From an uncultured Armatimonadetes bacterium (lineage in GTDB: Bacteria; Armatimonadota; UBA5829; DTJY01), in assembly GCA_963717145.1 (NCBI GenBank), contig OY970325.1, positions 96,001-160,000 on the forward strand: a stretch of DNA of 64,000 bases, given 5' to 3'. Below the pieces are notes generated by a model. It did not search any database. It was not told the DNA's origin and worked only from the letters and a program-made list of their open reading frames with translations. A program made the position numbers and the translations under genes. How positions within the stretch are numbered: position 1 is the stretch's first letter; each line of letters opens with the position of its first letter. Below, piece after piece: positions 28,911-38,660 of the stretch.

Positions 28911-29096
28911 TTAACGAGCGCTGCGCCGTCCGCCGCCGTGACTCAACTGGCCACCTTTGCGTCCGGCCTCTCGCGCCTCGTCGCTGCTCCACTCGTGCGC
29001 GGTGCCCTTAGCGTGTGCCGCTCTGCCACCCTTGCTGGCGATGTCCTTCTGCTTTGACTCATCCATGGATGCAAAGCCACGCCTCACTCTTGCCAT
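28911..29096 (-). CDS. KGG-repeat general stress protein
   Basis: RGFASMD...IASKGG...AREAGRKGG; AGGAGG RBS. Confidence 0.9.
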   Translation of the reverse strand: MARVRRGFASMDESKQKDIASKGGRAAHAKGTAHEWSSDEAREAGRKGGQLSHGGGRRSAR

Positions 29097-29449
29097 AGGT
29101 ATAACCTCCTCCTTGCACTGTCAGGTCGCATGAATTGTCCCATAGGGTCATACCCTCTGTGGCAGAGCTTCAAACCTGCTGAGGCTGTTTGCGAGGCATT
29201 TCGGAGAGGAGAAGCCGCCGTCCGGACAAGCGCAAAAACCGCCCCGAAGCCATCGGGACGGCAGCGCGTGATTATCGGCGGGCATGACAGGCGCATGCGG
29301 ACTGCGCTCATCCGGCGCGGAGGAGGATGCACGTTCCTGTCACGCCCGCCATCTTCGGGGAGGATCGCAGGCAGATCCCTTCGTACTTGAGTTGTTCCAC
29401 GCCCTGCCACCCTACGTGCCTGACTGCAATACCTGATTGTTCGCCTACA

Positions 29450-30460
29450 TCAGTACCTGCCGAATTCCTGCCAGGCTTCGAACATCGCCCGGACATTCTC
29501 GAGCGGTACATCCGGCGCAATCTCCCCATGGCCGATCAAGCCTCCGTTGTAGCTCCCCAGTGCCTCGTACACCTCTCTGACGTGCGCTCGGATCTCGTCC
29601 CGAGTCCCGTGCGGGAGGATATGCTGGCGGTCGAGGTCCGACCGGAACGCTACCTTGCCGCCGAACCGCTCTGCGATCCGGCCGATGTCCATGATGGTGT
29701 GCTGGATGTTCAGCACGTTCACGCCGACTTCGACCAGGTCGGGCATGATCTCCCACGTGAAGCCGTCACTGTGGAAGTGGACATCCTTCCCGGCCGCTCT
29801 GCATGGCTCGAACATGCGAGCGTAGGCCGGCTTGAAGAACTTGCGCCACGTCGCCGGGCTCGTGATGAGACTCACCTGAGTACCCCAGTCGTCGCCGAAG
29901 TGGATACCGTCCGCGTCGGTATTCACCGCCCGGTGGATGTACTCCAGAGCATACTCAACCAATCTGTCTCGAAGCAGATATGCCTCCTCCGCATCGAGCG
30001 CCAGATCGTACATCAAGTTCTCGTACCCGCGAAGCCACTGCATCCGCTCGAAGAGGTTCATCCCTCCGAGGAACGTGTAGTTCTCATGGCCGGAATCCTC
30101 CAGTCCCGTCTGGAAGTTGACGAACCACTCATCGTCCGGGTTCGGAGGGGGAGCATAGTTCGCGAAGTTGTCCCAGTCCGCAAGCGGGTGGCCGACCGGG
30201 ATGCCGAGCATGCCGTCGTAGTCGTTCTTCCATGTGATTCCCCAGCCGTCGGTATGTGTCCCGGCCTGATATGCGGGATCGAGATGCTCGATGATCGGCA
30301 TCGCGTAAGACTGCCCAACGTCGCTCCCATACTCGTTCAGCAGGTCGATCAGCGGCTGTCCGTGCTTCAGGATTGCCGCCGGGAGGACTCCGTGGAAGAG
30401 CGGCACACGGTCCGGCCCTGTGAAGTCAATCGCTCGTCGTACTCGTTCTCGGCTTGTCAT
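29450..30460 (-). CDS. Uroporphyrinogen decarboxylase / MtaA-CmuA family protein
   Basis: MTSRERV...PDRVP, GDDWGTQ, FHSDG, PDVPLENV. Confidence 0.85.
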   Translation of the reverse strand: MTSRERVRRAIDFTGPDRVPLFHGVLPAAILKHGQPLIDLLNEYGSDVGQSYAMPIIEHLDPAYQAGTHTDGWGITWKNDYDGMLGIPVGHPLADWDNFANYAPPPNPDDEWFVNFQTGLEDSGHENYTFLGGMNLFERMQWLRGYENLMYDLALDAEEAYLLRDRLVEYALEYIHRAVNTDADGIHFGDDWGTQVSLITSPATWRKFFKPAYARMFEPCRAAGKDVHFHSDGFTWEIMPDLVEVGVNVLNIQHTIMDIGRIAERFGGKVAFRSDLDRQHILPHGTRDEIRAHVREVYEALGSYNGGLIGHGEIAPDVPLENVRAMFEAWQEFGRY

Positions 30461-30653
30461 ATCTGCTCCTATGGAACTGCGCCCATCCGCGATCAGTCCA
30501 ACAAAGTGAGGGAGTGGGCGTAACCTTCAGGCTCATTCGCGCGTTTTACCATTAGCCTGTTCTGCAGGCGAATCCTCTGATGCCGCCCGGTTGTTGGGTC
30601 AGGATTTCAAATCCTGACCCAACAACCGGGCGACGAATGATAAGGAATCCGAC

Positions 30654-31247
30654 ATGCGCAAACAGAGTGGAATGACTTTCCTCGAGATACTCCTTCTCCT
30701 GGCTCTGCTCACGTGTATGCTGCTGCTCCTCTTCCCGACGGTGGTTTCGATGCGGGCCAAGGGACGGAAAACCCAGTGCATGTCGAACCTCCGCCAGATC
30801 GGCATGGCCCTCGAACTCTACTCTCACTCCTACGAGGGGCGACTTCCACCGTGGCTCAACCGGCGGCGTGATGCATTCGGGCACACCACGAAATGGGATA
30901 ACCCGGAACTGCTCTACCAGGCGATCCGCAGGGGCATCGCGGACAGCGGGGTAGCCTACTGCCCGAACGATCAGATCGCGGGCAAGGATGAGGAGCGCTT
31001 CGGCATCGACCACCGGTACTTCAGCTATTATTTCGGCACGCGGCCTGAGCAGAAGGGCGCGCACGTGACCCTGGAGGGCCTCACGATTAATGGGAGGGTC
31101 GCCCTCGGGTCGGCGGAATACGTTATGGTCCGAGACGCCAACATGGCATTCGTGAAGAAGCTGCCTGGGAAACCGCCCAGGGGATGCGAGCATCTCGGCG
31201 GTGTCAATGCGGTCTACCTCGACGGCCACGCGAAGTGGATCCGATAG
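30654..31247 (+). CDS. Prepilin-type N-terminal / H-X9-DG C-terminal (DUF1559-like) protein
   Basis: GMTFLEILLLL, CMSNLRQIG, HLGGVNAVYLDGHAKW. Confidence 0.85.
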   Translation: MRKQSGMTFLEILLLLALLTCMLLLLFPTVVSMRAKGRKTQCMSNLRQIGMALELYSHSYEGRLPPWLNRRRDAFGHTTKWDNPELLYQAIRRGIADSGVAYCPNDQIAGKDEERFGIDHRYFSYYFGTRPEQKGAHVTLEGLTINGRVALGSAEYVMVRDANMAFVKKLPGKPPRGCEHLGGVNAVYLDGHAKWIR

Positions 31248-31254
31248 GGGGATT

Positions 31255-31342
31255 GTTGATGGTTCATGGTTGATGGTTGATGGGGGAGCAGACCTCCATT
31301 TCCCATCTGCCATTAACCATGAGCCATGAACCATTAACCATT
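31255..31342. repeat. Inverted pair of TGGTTGA / CCATTAA heptamer tandem arrays
   Basis: gttgatggttcatggttgatggttgatgg ... ccattaaccatgagccatgaaccattaaccatt between convergent genes. Confidence 0.8.
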
Positions 31343-31909
31343 CGGCACAACGATCTCGTCCATCGTTCGCTTGGGCACGTGGTGCACGCCTGCTGAGTCG
31401 CGGTAGTACTTGATGTTGCCATCGGGGCCGACATCCTCCAGCACGACCTTCTCCTTCGGGTAGCCGAGCGCCAGGATGAGCACAATCTCGTATCGCGCGG
31501 GGATATCGAGCACCTGACGCAGTGTATCCCGATCGATCGAGCCGATCATGCACCCTCCGAGGCCCTTTTCAGCCGCACCGAGCATGATGCTCTGAGCCGC
31601 GATCCCGTGGTCGCATCCGAATCCCTTGCTGATCTCCGTGTCGCCGAGAACGACGATGTACGCCGCCGGTCGCTCGCCTTCCTCAGGTCCCGGCCAGTCC
31701 TTCAGGTAGCCCGCCCACAGCGTGGTTGGGAAGACTTTGGCGTTTACATCGGGGTCGCTGCAGATGATGTACTTCAGGGGCTGAAGGTTGGCCGCGGAGG
31801 GTGACAATCTGCCCAGGTCCACGAGGTCCCTGAGCAAGCCGGCCTCGATGCGCTTGTCCTGGTGGAAGCGCCGGTAGCTTCGATTGGCCTTGACAATGTC
31901 TTCGATCAT
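31334..31909 (-). CDS. Nitroreductase family protein
   Basis: NRSYRRF, SPSAANLQP, GLGGCMIG, ALGYP. Confidence 0.9.
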   Translation of the reverse strand: MIEDIVKANRSYRRFHQDKRIEAGLLRDLVDLGRLSPSAANLQPLKYIICSDPDVNAKVFPTTLWAGYLKDWPGPEEGERPAAYIVVLGDTEISKGFGCDHGIAAQSIMLGAAEKGLGGCMIGSIDRDTLRQVLDIPARYEIVLILALGYPKEKVVLEDVGPDGNIKYYRDSAGVHHVPKRTMDEIVVPNG

Positions 31910-32025
31910 CTCCCGATCCTCCTGATCTGTTCTGCGATGCATGTTAGAGGTGCAAGGCGGAAAAGTCAAGAGAGATCAGCGGGGAAATGGTTGATGGTTC
32001 ATGGTTAATGGGGGCCATTCCCGCG

Positions 32026-33459
32026 GGGTGCATTCGCGTTGAGTGGGTAGCAAGTAAGGAAGGAGTCTCCTGTAATAGTCGGTAATGGTTTGTTGAAGGA
32101 CAAACATTCCGAAAGGAGACTCCCAGAGAATGCTTACACTTTTGCACACAGACTCCCTCCTTCAGGCCGCTCGCGACTTTGCGCGCAGCTACATCGATTG
32201 CACGGACTTAGGGTCAGCCGAGGAGCGTATTCAGATCCTGGCGCGTCAGATTGCCGGCGCAATGATGAGTGAGGTTGCCGCCAAGATGAGCGGAAAGCCC
32301 ACCTACAAGGGTGTTGGGATAGAATGCGAATGCGGCAGACTGGCCAGGTTCAAGGGATACCGGAAACGCTTCATTCGGACTTTGCACGGAGACATAGAGG
32401 TCGAGAGGTCATACTACCGTTGCGACCATTGCAGGCGGGGCTACATTCCATGGGACCGCGAGCAGGGGCTGTCCGAGAGAGTATGGACCGCCAGAGTGAA
32501 GGAACTCACCGCCTCGATCTGCGCCGCGCTTCCATATGAAGCAGCCGCAAGGCTGATCGAGCGAACCACGGGTATTGCGATCGAAGAGAGCAGCGAAGAA
32601 GAGATAGTCCGGGATGTTGGGGAATGCCTCCGCCGAGAGGAGCAGGAAGCGATCATCTCTGTGGTAGACACAGGTGAAGAGGTCTCCTGCGAGGCGACGC
32701 CACAGAGGCTCTACATTGGCATAGACGCGGCCAAAGCGCACACCGATGGCCAGTGGCATGACATCAAGACCATGGTGGTATACGAAGGCGTTCCGGCTGC
32801 AGGCAAAGACACGGATACCGTCACCAACTCGCGCTACATAGCGGCGCAAGAGACGAGCGACGAGTTCGGGAGACGGGTATACACCAGAGCACTGCAAGCC
32901 GGCTATGACGGGGCAAAAGAGCGTATAGTGATCGCCGACGGCGCAGACTGGATATGGAGAGAGGTCAGGAATCATCTGCCGGAGAGCATCAAGATCATCG
33001 ACTACTGGCATGCCTGTGAGCACATATACGGCTTGGCGCGGACACTCTACGGAGAGGGGAATCCCAAAGGGAAGCGCTGGGCAAACGAACACTGCCGGAA
33101 GCTTAAAGAGAAGGGGCCGGGGAGTCTGCTTAGAGCCATGAAGCGGCGCAGAGCACGAAACGATTCTGAGAGGGAAGCGCTTCGGATCGAGACAGGCTAC
33201 TTCAGAAAGTACCGCAAGTACATGAACTACCCGGCATACAGGGCCAAGGGGATGATGATAGGCAGCGGTCCGGTGGAAGCGGCGTGCAAGGTGATAGTAG
33301 GCCAGAGGTTAAAGCAAGCCGGGATGCGATGGACGAAGGACGGCGCAGATGCAGTGCTCGCGGTGAGAACTGCCCTCCTAAGCGGCGAACTGGCTCGGAT
33401 CGAGCACGCAGCACGTGCCGCCTGAGCCGTGCTCTACCCACTCTGAGGGAATTCCACCC
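32026..33459 (+). mobile_element. ISKra4/ISLre2-type insertion sequence, 1434 bp, 9-bp target duplication
   Basis: Imperfect terminal IRs gggtgcattcgcgttgagtgggtag / ctacccactctgagggaattccaccc; ATTCCCGCG at 32017-32025 and 33460-33468. Confidence 0.9.
32130..33425 (+). CDS. ISKra4/ISLre2-family DDE transposase
   Basis: RSYYRCDHC, IADGADWI, IDYWHACEH, IGSGPVEAACK...RLKQAGMRW. Confidence 0.9.
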   Translation: MLTLLHTDSLLQAARDFARSYIDCTDLGSAEERIQILARQIAGAMMSEVAAKMSGKPTYKGVGIECECGRLARFKGYRKRFIRTLHGDIEVERSYYRCDHCRRGYIPWDREQGLSERVWTARVKELTASICAALPYEAAARLIERTTGIAIEESSEEEIVRDVGECLRREEQEAIISVVDTGEEVSCEATPQRLYIGIDAAKAHTDGQWHDIKTMVVYEGVPAAGKDTDTVTNSRYIAAQETSDEFGRRVYTRALQAGYDGAKERIVIADGADWIWREVRNHLPESIKIIDYWHACEHIYGLARTLYGEGNPKGKRWANEHCRKLKEKGPGSLLRAMKRRRARNDSEREALRIETGYFRKYRKYMNYPAYRAKGMMIGSGPVEAACKVIVGQRLKQAGMRWTKDGADAVLAVRTALLSGELARIEHAARAA

Positions 33460-33504
33460 ATTCCCGCGTTCCCCATTGACAATCAGCCATCAACCATCCC
33501 CACG

Positions 33505-34917
33505 CTACGATGCCAGTCTGAGGGTGAATGGAGGGTCGCTCTCTTCCGAGTCGTTCAGCGTCTTATCGTAGATCTGGGCGTTCACTATCGCGACCGACGC
33601 GGACGAAGCGAGTGTCTGGAAGAGCTTGATCTTCTCGTCATTCAGCGAGATGTGCTTCTCGAAGAAGAGATTCAGCACCCCGAGAGCAAGGTCATGGTAT
33701 ACGAGCGGGACGGATACTGCGTATCCATCGTGTCTGGCGAGGACTCTCCAGGGAAGGAATTCGACGTCCGTGAACACGTCATCGACCGTGCAGATCCGCT
33801 TCTCTCTGAATGCCCTGGCGGTGTGGCCTGAGTAGAACGCCGGAAAGCCCTTCCCGTCGACTTCCTGGCTCTCGCGTTGCCTGAGAGGCGACTCGGGCAG
33901 TCCGTATGTCACCTCGGTGGTCAACGTCTGGCCGCTGTCGTCAGAGAGCATGACGGAAGCGAACTTGGCCGAGAGCATTGCCGCGGTGTCGGATACGAGA
34001 GCAAGCAGAACGACTCGCAGGTCGAGGGTATTCGTCAAGCGCGAGGACATGTAGTGAACGGCCTCCATGTGCTTGATCCGCGACTGAGCGTCTTCGTATG
34101 ATGAGCCGAACTGAAGGCCCAGTTCCATCAGCAGCACCATCATGCCGCAGATGTACAGGGCTTGGGAGACCCACCAGGTGATATCGAAATCGTGATGAGA
34201 TGCAAGTGACCCGGCGCCGGCTGCTACTGCCAGAGTCAGGAATGATACCAGCCGCTTGCTGAGATCGTCTTCCCTGATGGCGAAACCTCGTATGTGCGTG
34301 ATCAGCGCCAGCGTCGCGAAGCCCATTCCCAGGATGGAAAGGCTGCGCATCGATATGAGATCCAGCCACAGATCGTGTACCACCGAGACTACCGGGCGCG
34401 ACAATATCGATCGCAGGTGGAGCCACTCGGGATCGAACACAAGCGGGAGGACCATGACGCACATGGAGAGCACGAGCGCGATTATGAGAGTGCGCGTGCC
34501 CGTTCTTCGGAAGGTCTGCGCGTTGTTCACAGTGGTGCAGCCGGCCGCCATGATCAGAAGACATGCCGCTGCGATATGCCATCCACCGGCATACCGCGCG
34601 CCAAAGATCGCCAGCGATGAAGTCGAATCCTGAGACACCGCCGACAGGATGCCATGAACAAGCGCAGCCAGTGACACACCGCTGAATGCGATCGTGGAGA
34701 GCAGGAATCTCTGTTCCCTGGTGACGTTGTACTGCACCCACAGGCAGTAGACGACGCAGATTCCGACCACCACGCCGCAGCCTTCAAGAAGCGCGTGTGC
34801 GGAATAGTTGCAGTGCGTAACTGGGAAGTTGGACAGGAATAGCAGTCCGGCGATCATTGCGGCGAGTGCGGTTACCCAGACAAGCGATCGCTTACCATAT
34901 GAACTGACTGCGAGCAT
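33505..34917 (-). CDS. Multi-TM membrane sensor (MASE-like) with a C-terminal GAF domain and no output domain
   Basis: About 8 TM segments followed by LTNTLDL...SVPLVYHDLALGVLNL...ASVAIVNAQIY. Confidence 0.75.
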   Translation of the reverse strand: MLAVSSYGKRSLVWVTALAAMIAGLLFLSNFPVTHCNYSAHALLEGCGVVVGICVVYCLWVQYNVTREQRFLLSTIAFSGVSLAALVHGILSAVSQDSTSSLAIFGARYAGGWHIAAACLLIMAAGCTTVNNAQTFRRTGTRTLIIALVLSMCVMVLPLVFDPEWLHLRSILSRPVVSVVHDLWLDLISMRSLSILGMGFATLALITHIRGFAIREDDLSKRLVSFLTLAVAAGAGSLASHHDFDITWWVSQALYICGMMVLLMELGLQFGSSYEDAQSRIKHMEAVHYMSSRLTNTLDLRVVLLALVSDTAAMLSAKFASVMLSDDSGQTLTTEVTYGLPESPLRQRESQEVDGKGFPAFYSGHTARAFREKRICTVDDVFTDVEFLPWRVLARHDGYAVSVPLVYHDLALGVLNLFFEKHISLNDEKIKLFQTLASSASVAIVNAQIYDKTLNDSEESDPPFTLRLAS

Positions 34918-35059
34918 GAAGCCTCGCGCCTCGCCTGCTGCCGGACTTATCTCTGTCGTTGTGCCCTCGAATCCCACTGTTGTGCCCGTCCTGCGATCTT
35001 GCGTGATAGTGCTAATCCTATTATAGGAAAGGCGGGGCCATTCTTTACCCACACAAGCA

Positions 35060-35090
35060 GAAGAGCCCCGACCTTTGTGGGTCGGGGCTC
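35060..35090. terminator. Terminator-like hairpin
   Basis: agagccccgacc-tttgtg-ggtcggggctct. Confidence 0.65.
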
Positions 35091-35119
35091 TCGAGAAGAA
35101 TGATTTGCGAACCGTGTTC

Positions 35120-35779
35120 CTACGGCATTCCGGGGAGCATGATCGGCATGTCCACGTTGCCCATGCCCATCGCCGGGAGGTACGTCTTGGCTTTCTCCAT
35201 GGCAGAGGAGATGATCTCGGGAGCAGTTCGATTGCCTGCCTGACCTCGGAGTTCCGCCATCAGACGGCCCAGGAACGCGGATACATCCGGAGCCGCATTC
35301 TTCGCAGCGGCATCCTGCGCGATCTCGACATCCATGGCGTACACTGCGAAGAGCGTCTCCCAACCGGTCTTGGTCCTCTGCTCGGCCTTGTACTCTGCCG
35401 GAAGAACGACCGTCAGGACTCTGCCGTCCAGCGTCTTGTGCTTAAACTTGAGACTTGTGAAGACCCTGCCATCCCAGTTCTTCTTGGAGATGACCTTGGC
35501 CCCGGAATGAACAAGCTGACCGAAGCCGATGGCAGGCTCGGTGACTATTCCCGTGGTGGAAGGAGCACTCGATCCGGAACTACCCGTGCCTCCAGCGGCC
35601 GCTCCCATGCCGGCCATACCGGAAGCGTCCATCGCGCCGGGCGGCGGAGTCTCGACCGGTATCTGGCTATTCTGAGACTGCGCATAGATGCTCTGCCAAC
35701 TGTAGAGGACTCCAAATGCCACTATCACGACAAAGACTGTTATCAGCCAAAACTTGCTTTTTCTTGCGGTGTCTGCCAT
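35120..35779 (-). CDS. Hypothetical membrane-anchored or secreted protein
   Basis: GGAGG RBS, N-terminal TM helix, Met/Gly/Ser-rich linker; TTGACA-17-TATTAT promoter at 35846-35874. Confidence 0.7.
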   Translation of the reverse strand: MADTARKSKFWLITVFVVIVAFGVLYSWQSIYAQSQNSQIPVETPPPGAMDASGMAGMGAAAGGTGSSGSSAPSTTGIVTEPAIGFGQLVHSGAKVISKKNWDGRVFTSLKFKHKTLDGRVLTVVLPAEYKAEQRTKTGWETLFAVYAMDVEIAQDAAAKNAAPDVSAFLGRLMAELRGQAGNRTAPEIISSAMEKAKTYLPAMGMGNVDMPIMLPGMP

Positions 35780-35890
35780 TCCCGTAGTCCCTCCTCCGGA
35801 CAGAAGCGCTTGCAGCCCAAGGCAAACGCGATCAGGACACTGATAATAATAACGCATGCACGGCTTGTTGTCAACCGTTCGGACGTGCGA

Positions 35891-36066
35891 GGGTGCATTT
35901 CCGCAGAGTGGGTCAGCCTCTCGTTATGCCACCAGAGTGGCTACTCGAGGAGAACGGTTGGGTGGCTTGCCAAGCTTCCCAAGCCCCAGCCCCGTCTAGT
36001 CTCGAGTAGGTTTCTCTGGAAACCATAACGAGAGACGGTCGCCACCCACTCAACTCGAATGCACCC
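35891..36066. mobile_element. 176-bp MITE related to the IS at 32026-33459
   Basis: Ends gggtgcatttccgcagagtgggt / acccactcaactcgaatgcaccc; 9-bp duplication GACGTGCGA at 35882-35890 and 36067-36075. Confidence 0.88.
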
Positions 36067-36121
36067 GACGTGCGACGACGCGTCCGGTATTTCTTAGACG
36101 GTACAACCTGGGCAATATGTT

Positions 36122-37258
36122 TCACCCCGCGCGCGGAAATTCGAGTGCCGCTGCAAATTCTGCGACGACACTCCGGTCGTTCTCCCTCGCCAGGGCGCTC
36201 TCCAGGGCATCCTTCGCGCGATCGGAGCCGATCTTCCCGAGTGCCCACGCGGCATGTCCCCTGATGACGGGCTCCTCGTCAGAGAGCGCCTTGACCAGTG
36301 CCGGAACCGCGATGGGGTTGCCCGTGTTTCCGAGGGCGACCGCCACGTTGCGACGGAATCGAGTCCTGCCTATCCATCCCGCGGTGGTCGGCCCGATCAG
36401 TCGTTTGAACTCAGACGGACTGATATTGAGCAGGGGAAGCAACTCCGGCTCTTCACCCAATCCCGCTGATGGGCGGAATGCCGCGACGTTGCCGGGCTTT
36501 GCCTCGCGGTTGAGCGGACAGGCATCCTGGCATGTGTCGCAGCCGTAGATCCGTGTGCCGAGCTTCTCCCGGAGCGGGTGGGGGATGAACCCCCTCGATT
36601 GCGTGACACGGGAGAGGCATAGGCGAGCGTCCACCGTGTATGGCGCACAGATGGCCCCAGTCGGGCACGCTCTCATGCACTCGTCGCACTCGCCGCAGAT
36701 ATCGAGCGGCGCAGGCGAATCGGTCTCAAGCTCAATATCGGTAAGAATCTCGCCGAGCACCACCCACGACCCGTACTCCCCGACGTAGACGCAGGTGTTC
36801 TTCCCCCGCGAGCCGATTCCCGCTCGGATGGCCGCCGAGCGATCGACGATCGGCCCGGTGTCCGTGTACGACCGGAACTCGATGTGGCTGCCGACCTCGG
36901 TCCGGATGCGTCTTGCCAGTTCGGTGAGCCGCTCCTGGAGGACTCCATGGTAGTCGAGTCCCCGCGAGAAGCGGGCGACCCAGCCTCGGGGAGTATGGGA
37001 CTGATGGGACATATGAGACTCATGGGATAGGTAGGAGCGAGCCACCGAGATGATCGATCGGGCGGAGGTCAGGCTCTCGCGCGGGTGCGTGTACAGCGCG
37101 ATCTTCTCGGCGTCGTAGCCGGATCCCTCGAGCAGGCCGTGCTCATACCGCTCGCGGAGAGTCTCCTGTGCCTCGACGAACGGTTCCGCGCTCGTGATCC
37201 CGACCGCGTGGAAGCCTACCCCCCGCGCAAGACTCTTCACTCGCTCTGTCAGAGACAT
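36122..37258 (-). CDS. queG: tRNA epoxyqueuosine(34) reductase
   Basis: GLDYH, DTGP, GKNT, CGECDECMRACPTGA, IYGCDTCQDACP, RNVAVALGN plus HEAT repeats. Confidence 0.92.
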   Translation of the reverse strand: MSLTERVKSLARGVGFHAVGITSAEPFVEAQETLRERYEHGLLEGSGYDAEKIALYTHPRESLTSARSIISVARSYLSHESHMSHQSHTPRGWVARFSRGLDYHGVLQERLTELARRIRTEVGSHIEFRSYTDTGPIVDRSAAIRAGIGSRGKNTCVYVGEYGSWVVLGEILTDIELETDSPAPLDICGECDECMRACPTGAICAPYTVDARLCLSRVTQSRGFIPHPLREKLGTRIYGCDTCQDACPLNREAKPGNVAAFRPSAGLGEEPELLPLLNISPSEFKRLIGPTTAGWIGRTRFRRNVAVALGNTGNPIAVPALVKALSDEEPVIRGHAAWALGKIGSDRAKDALESALARENDRSVVAEFAAALEFPRAG

Positions 37259-37272
37259 GGGCAGAACCCTAG

Positions 37273-37490
37273 AACACAGATGGCACAGATGGCAGAGGAT
37301 GGAACGGATAGAGTTCTATGAGGAAGCCAGGAGAGCGGGAAGACAATGGGGGAATGGAAGAGTGGGCGACTCCGGATCTCCCATCCGCCCTTTCCCCCAT
37401 TCTCTTCCCGCTCCTGGACCCCTATCTTCCTGGTTTCCTGATAAGAAGCCTTATCCGCATTATCCTCTCCAATCCGTCTCATCTGTGTTC
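37273..37490. repeat. Nested imperfect inverted repeats built from 8-9-mer units
   Basis: aacacagatggcacagatgg ... atccgtctcatctgtgtt encloses ggaagccagga ... tcctggtttcc, which encloses purine/pyrimidine-rich arms. Confidence 0.65.
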
Positions 37491-38525
37491 TGAGACCTTT
37501 CGCAGGCCGTAGTGATAGGTTTCGTCGCAGAACGCCTCGAGGCTCTCGATCGGGCAGTCGGCGGTGATGCCGTTGCCCGCCGTGATCATCAGCCGCCCCT
37601 CGTCGGGCCGCCAGTATGTGTCGATCAGGAAGCGGATCTCCGCGCGGACCTCCTCCGGCGTGCCCCAGGGGATCACCTGCTGAACGTCGAGCCCCGCCCA
37701 GACGCAGATATCCTTGCCGAACCGATCGGCGATCACCTGGTCGTCCATGGTGTGCTTCTGGATCGGATGCAGCACGTCGAGGCCGGCTTCGATCCAGTCG
37801 GGGATGAACTTCTCGACATTCCCGCAGCAATGAAGCCAGAAATGCATGCCCAGCTCGTGTGCCTTCGCGAACAGCTCGGAGTAGTAGGGCAGGAAGAACT
37901 CGCGGAAGATGGTCGGCGAAAAGAACGGACCGGTCTGTGTGCCGAGATCGTCGCTCGTGAAGATGCCATCGACATCTGCCTCACCCTTCGCCCGCTCCAT
38001 CATTGCGAGGTAGAAGTCGGTGAGCGCGCGGAACATCCGGTGGACACTCTCGGGATCGGTATAGTAGTCCATCAGGGCGTTCGTCATGCCGCGCATCGAC
38101 CAGTGGCGCTCGAAGTAGCAGAACCAGAAGTTGCCCAGGAGATAGCGACCGTCCGACTCGACAGCAGGTATCAGGCCCGGATAGCTCGGCTTCGGAAAGT
38201 CCTCGAGAATGCCATCGAGCAGCGCCCAGTCGGGGATCGCCATCTTCGAGTCGATCGCGCCGCCGGAGTTGATGCTCGGATCGGCGTAGTTCACCCAGCG
38301 GTACTCCGGATCGTCCTCAGGGGCGTCGTACATCGACGGCATTCGGATGCCGACCGTTTGGACGTCCATCGGGTAGGTCGCCAGGAGGTCACGGGCCCGT
38401 TGCTCATGGACGCCGAACCTCGCCGGGTCGGTCCAGAAGTGCACCATCATCGGGACCCGTGGCGCGATCGAGCGCCCCTCGATCACGGAAGCGGTTTCAT
38501 CTCGTGTCAGCGGTTGATAACTCAC
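37479..38525 (-). CDS. Uroporphyrinogen decarboxylase / MtaA-CmuA family protein
   Basis: SDDLGTQ, WLHCCGNV, GTPEEV, TAGNGI. Confidence 0.85.
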   Translation of the reverse strand: MSYQPLTRDETASVIEGRSIAPRVPMMVHFWTDPARFGVHEQRARDLLATYPMDVQTVGIRMPSMYDAPEDDPEYRWVNYADPSINSGGAIDSKMAIPDWALLDGILEDFPKPSYPGLIPAVESDGRYLLGNFWFCYFERHWSMRGMTNALMDYYTDPESVHRMFRALTDFYLAMMERAKGEADVDGIFTSDDLGTQTGPFFSPTIFREFFLPYYSELFAKAHELGMHFWLHCCGNVEKFIPDWIEAGLDVLHPIQKHTMDDQVIADRFGKDICVWAGLDVQQVIPWGTPEEVRAEIRFLIDTYWRPDEGRLMITAGNGITADCPIESLEAFCDETYHYGLRKVSEHR

Positions 38526-38545
38526 TATCTACTCTCCAACCCGTC

Positions 38546-38643
38546 AGTCCTGAGTTCGCCGGTGAATGACGGCGTGTAACGAAGGACGGTGGCATGAGGC
38601 CGTCCTTCGTTACACGCCGTCATTCACCGGCGAACTCAGGACT
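38546..38643. repeat. Long palindromic element, family A, copy 2
   Basis: Perfect 44-bp arms 38546-38589 / 38600-38643. Confidence 0.9.
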
Positions 38644-38660
38644 ATCGGTGTTTCTATCCA

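Noticed and set aside
29450-30460. Assigning hemE to the URO-D family genes
   Set aside because: They lack the HemE N-terminal RQAGR motif and occur as three divergent paralogues.
31255-33500. Heptamer arrays and palindromes as a CRISPR array
   Set aside because: No constant-length repeat with unique spacers and no cas genes in the window.
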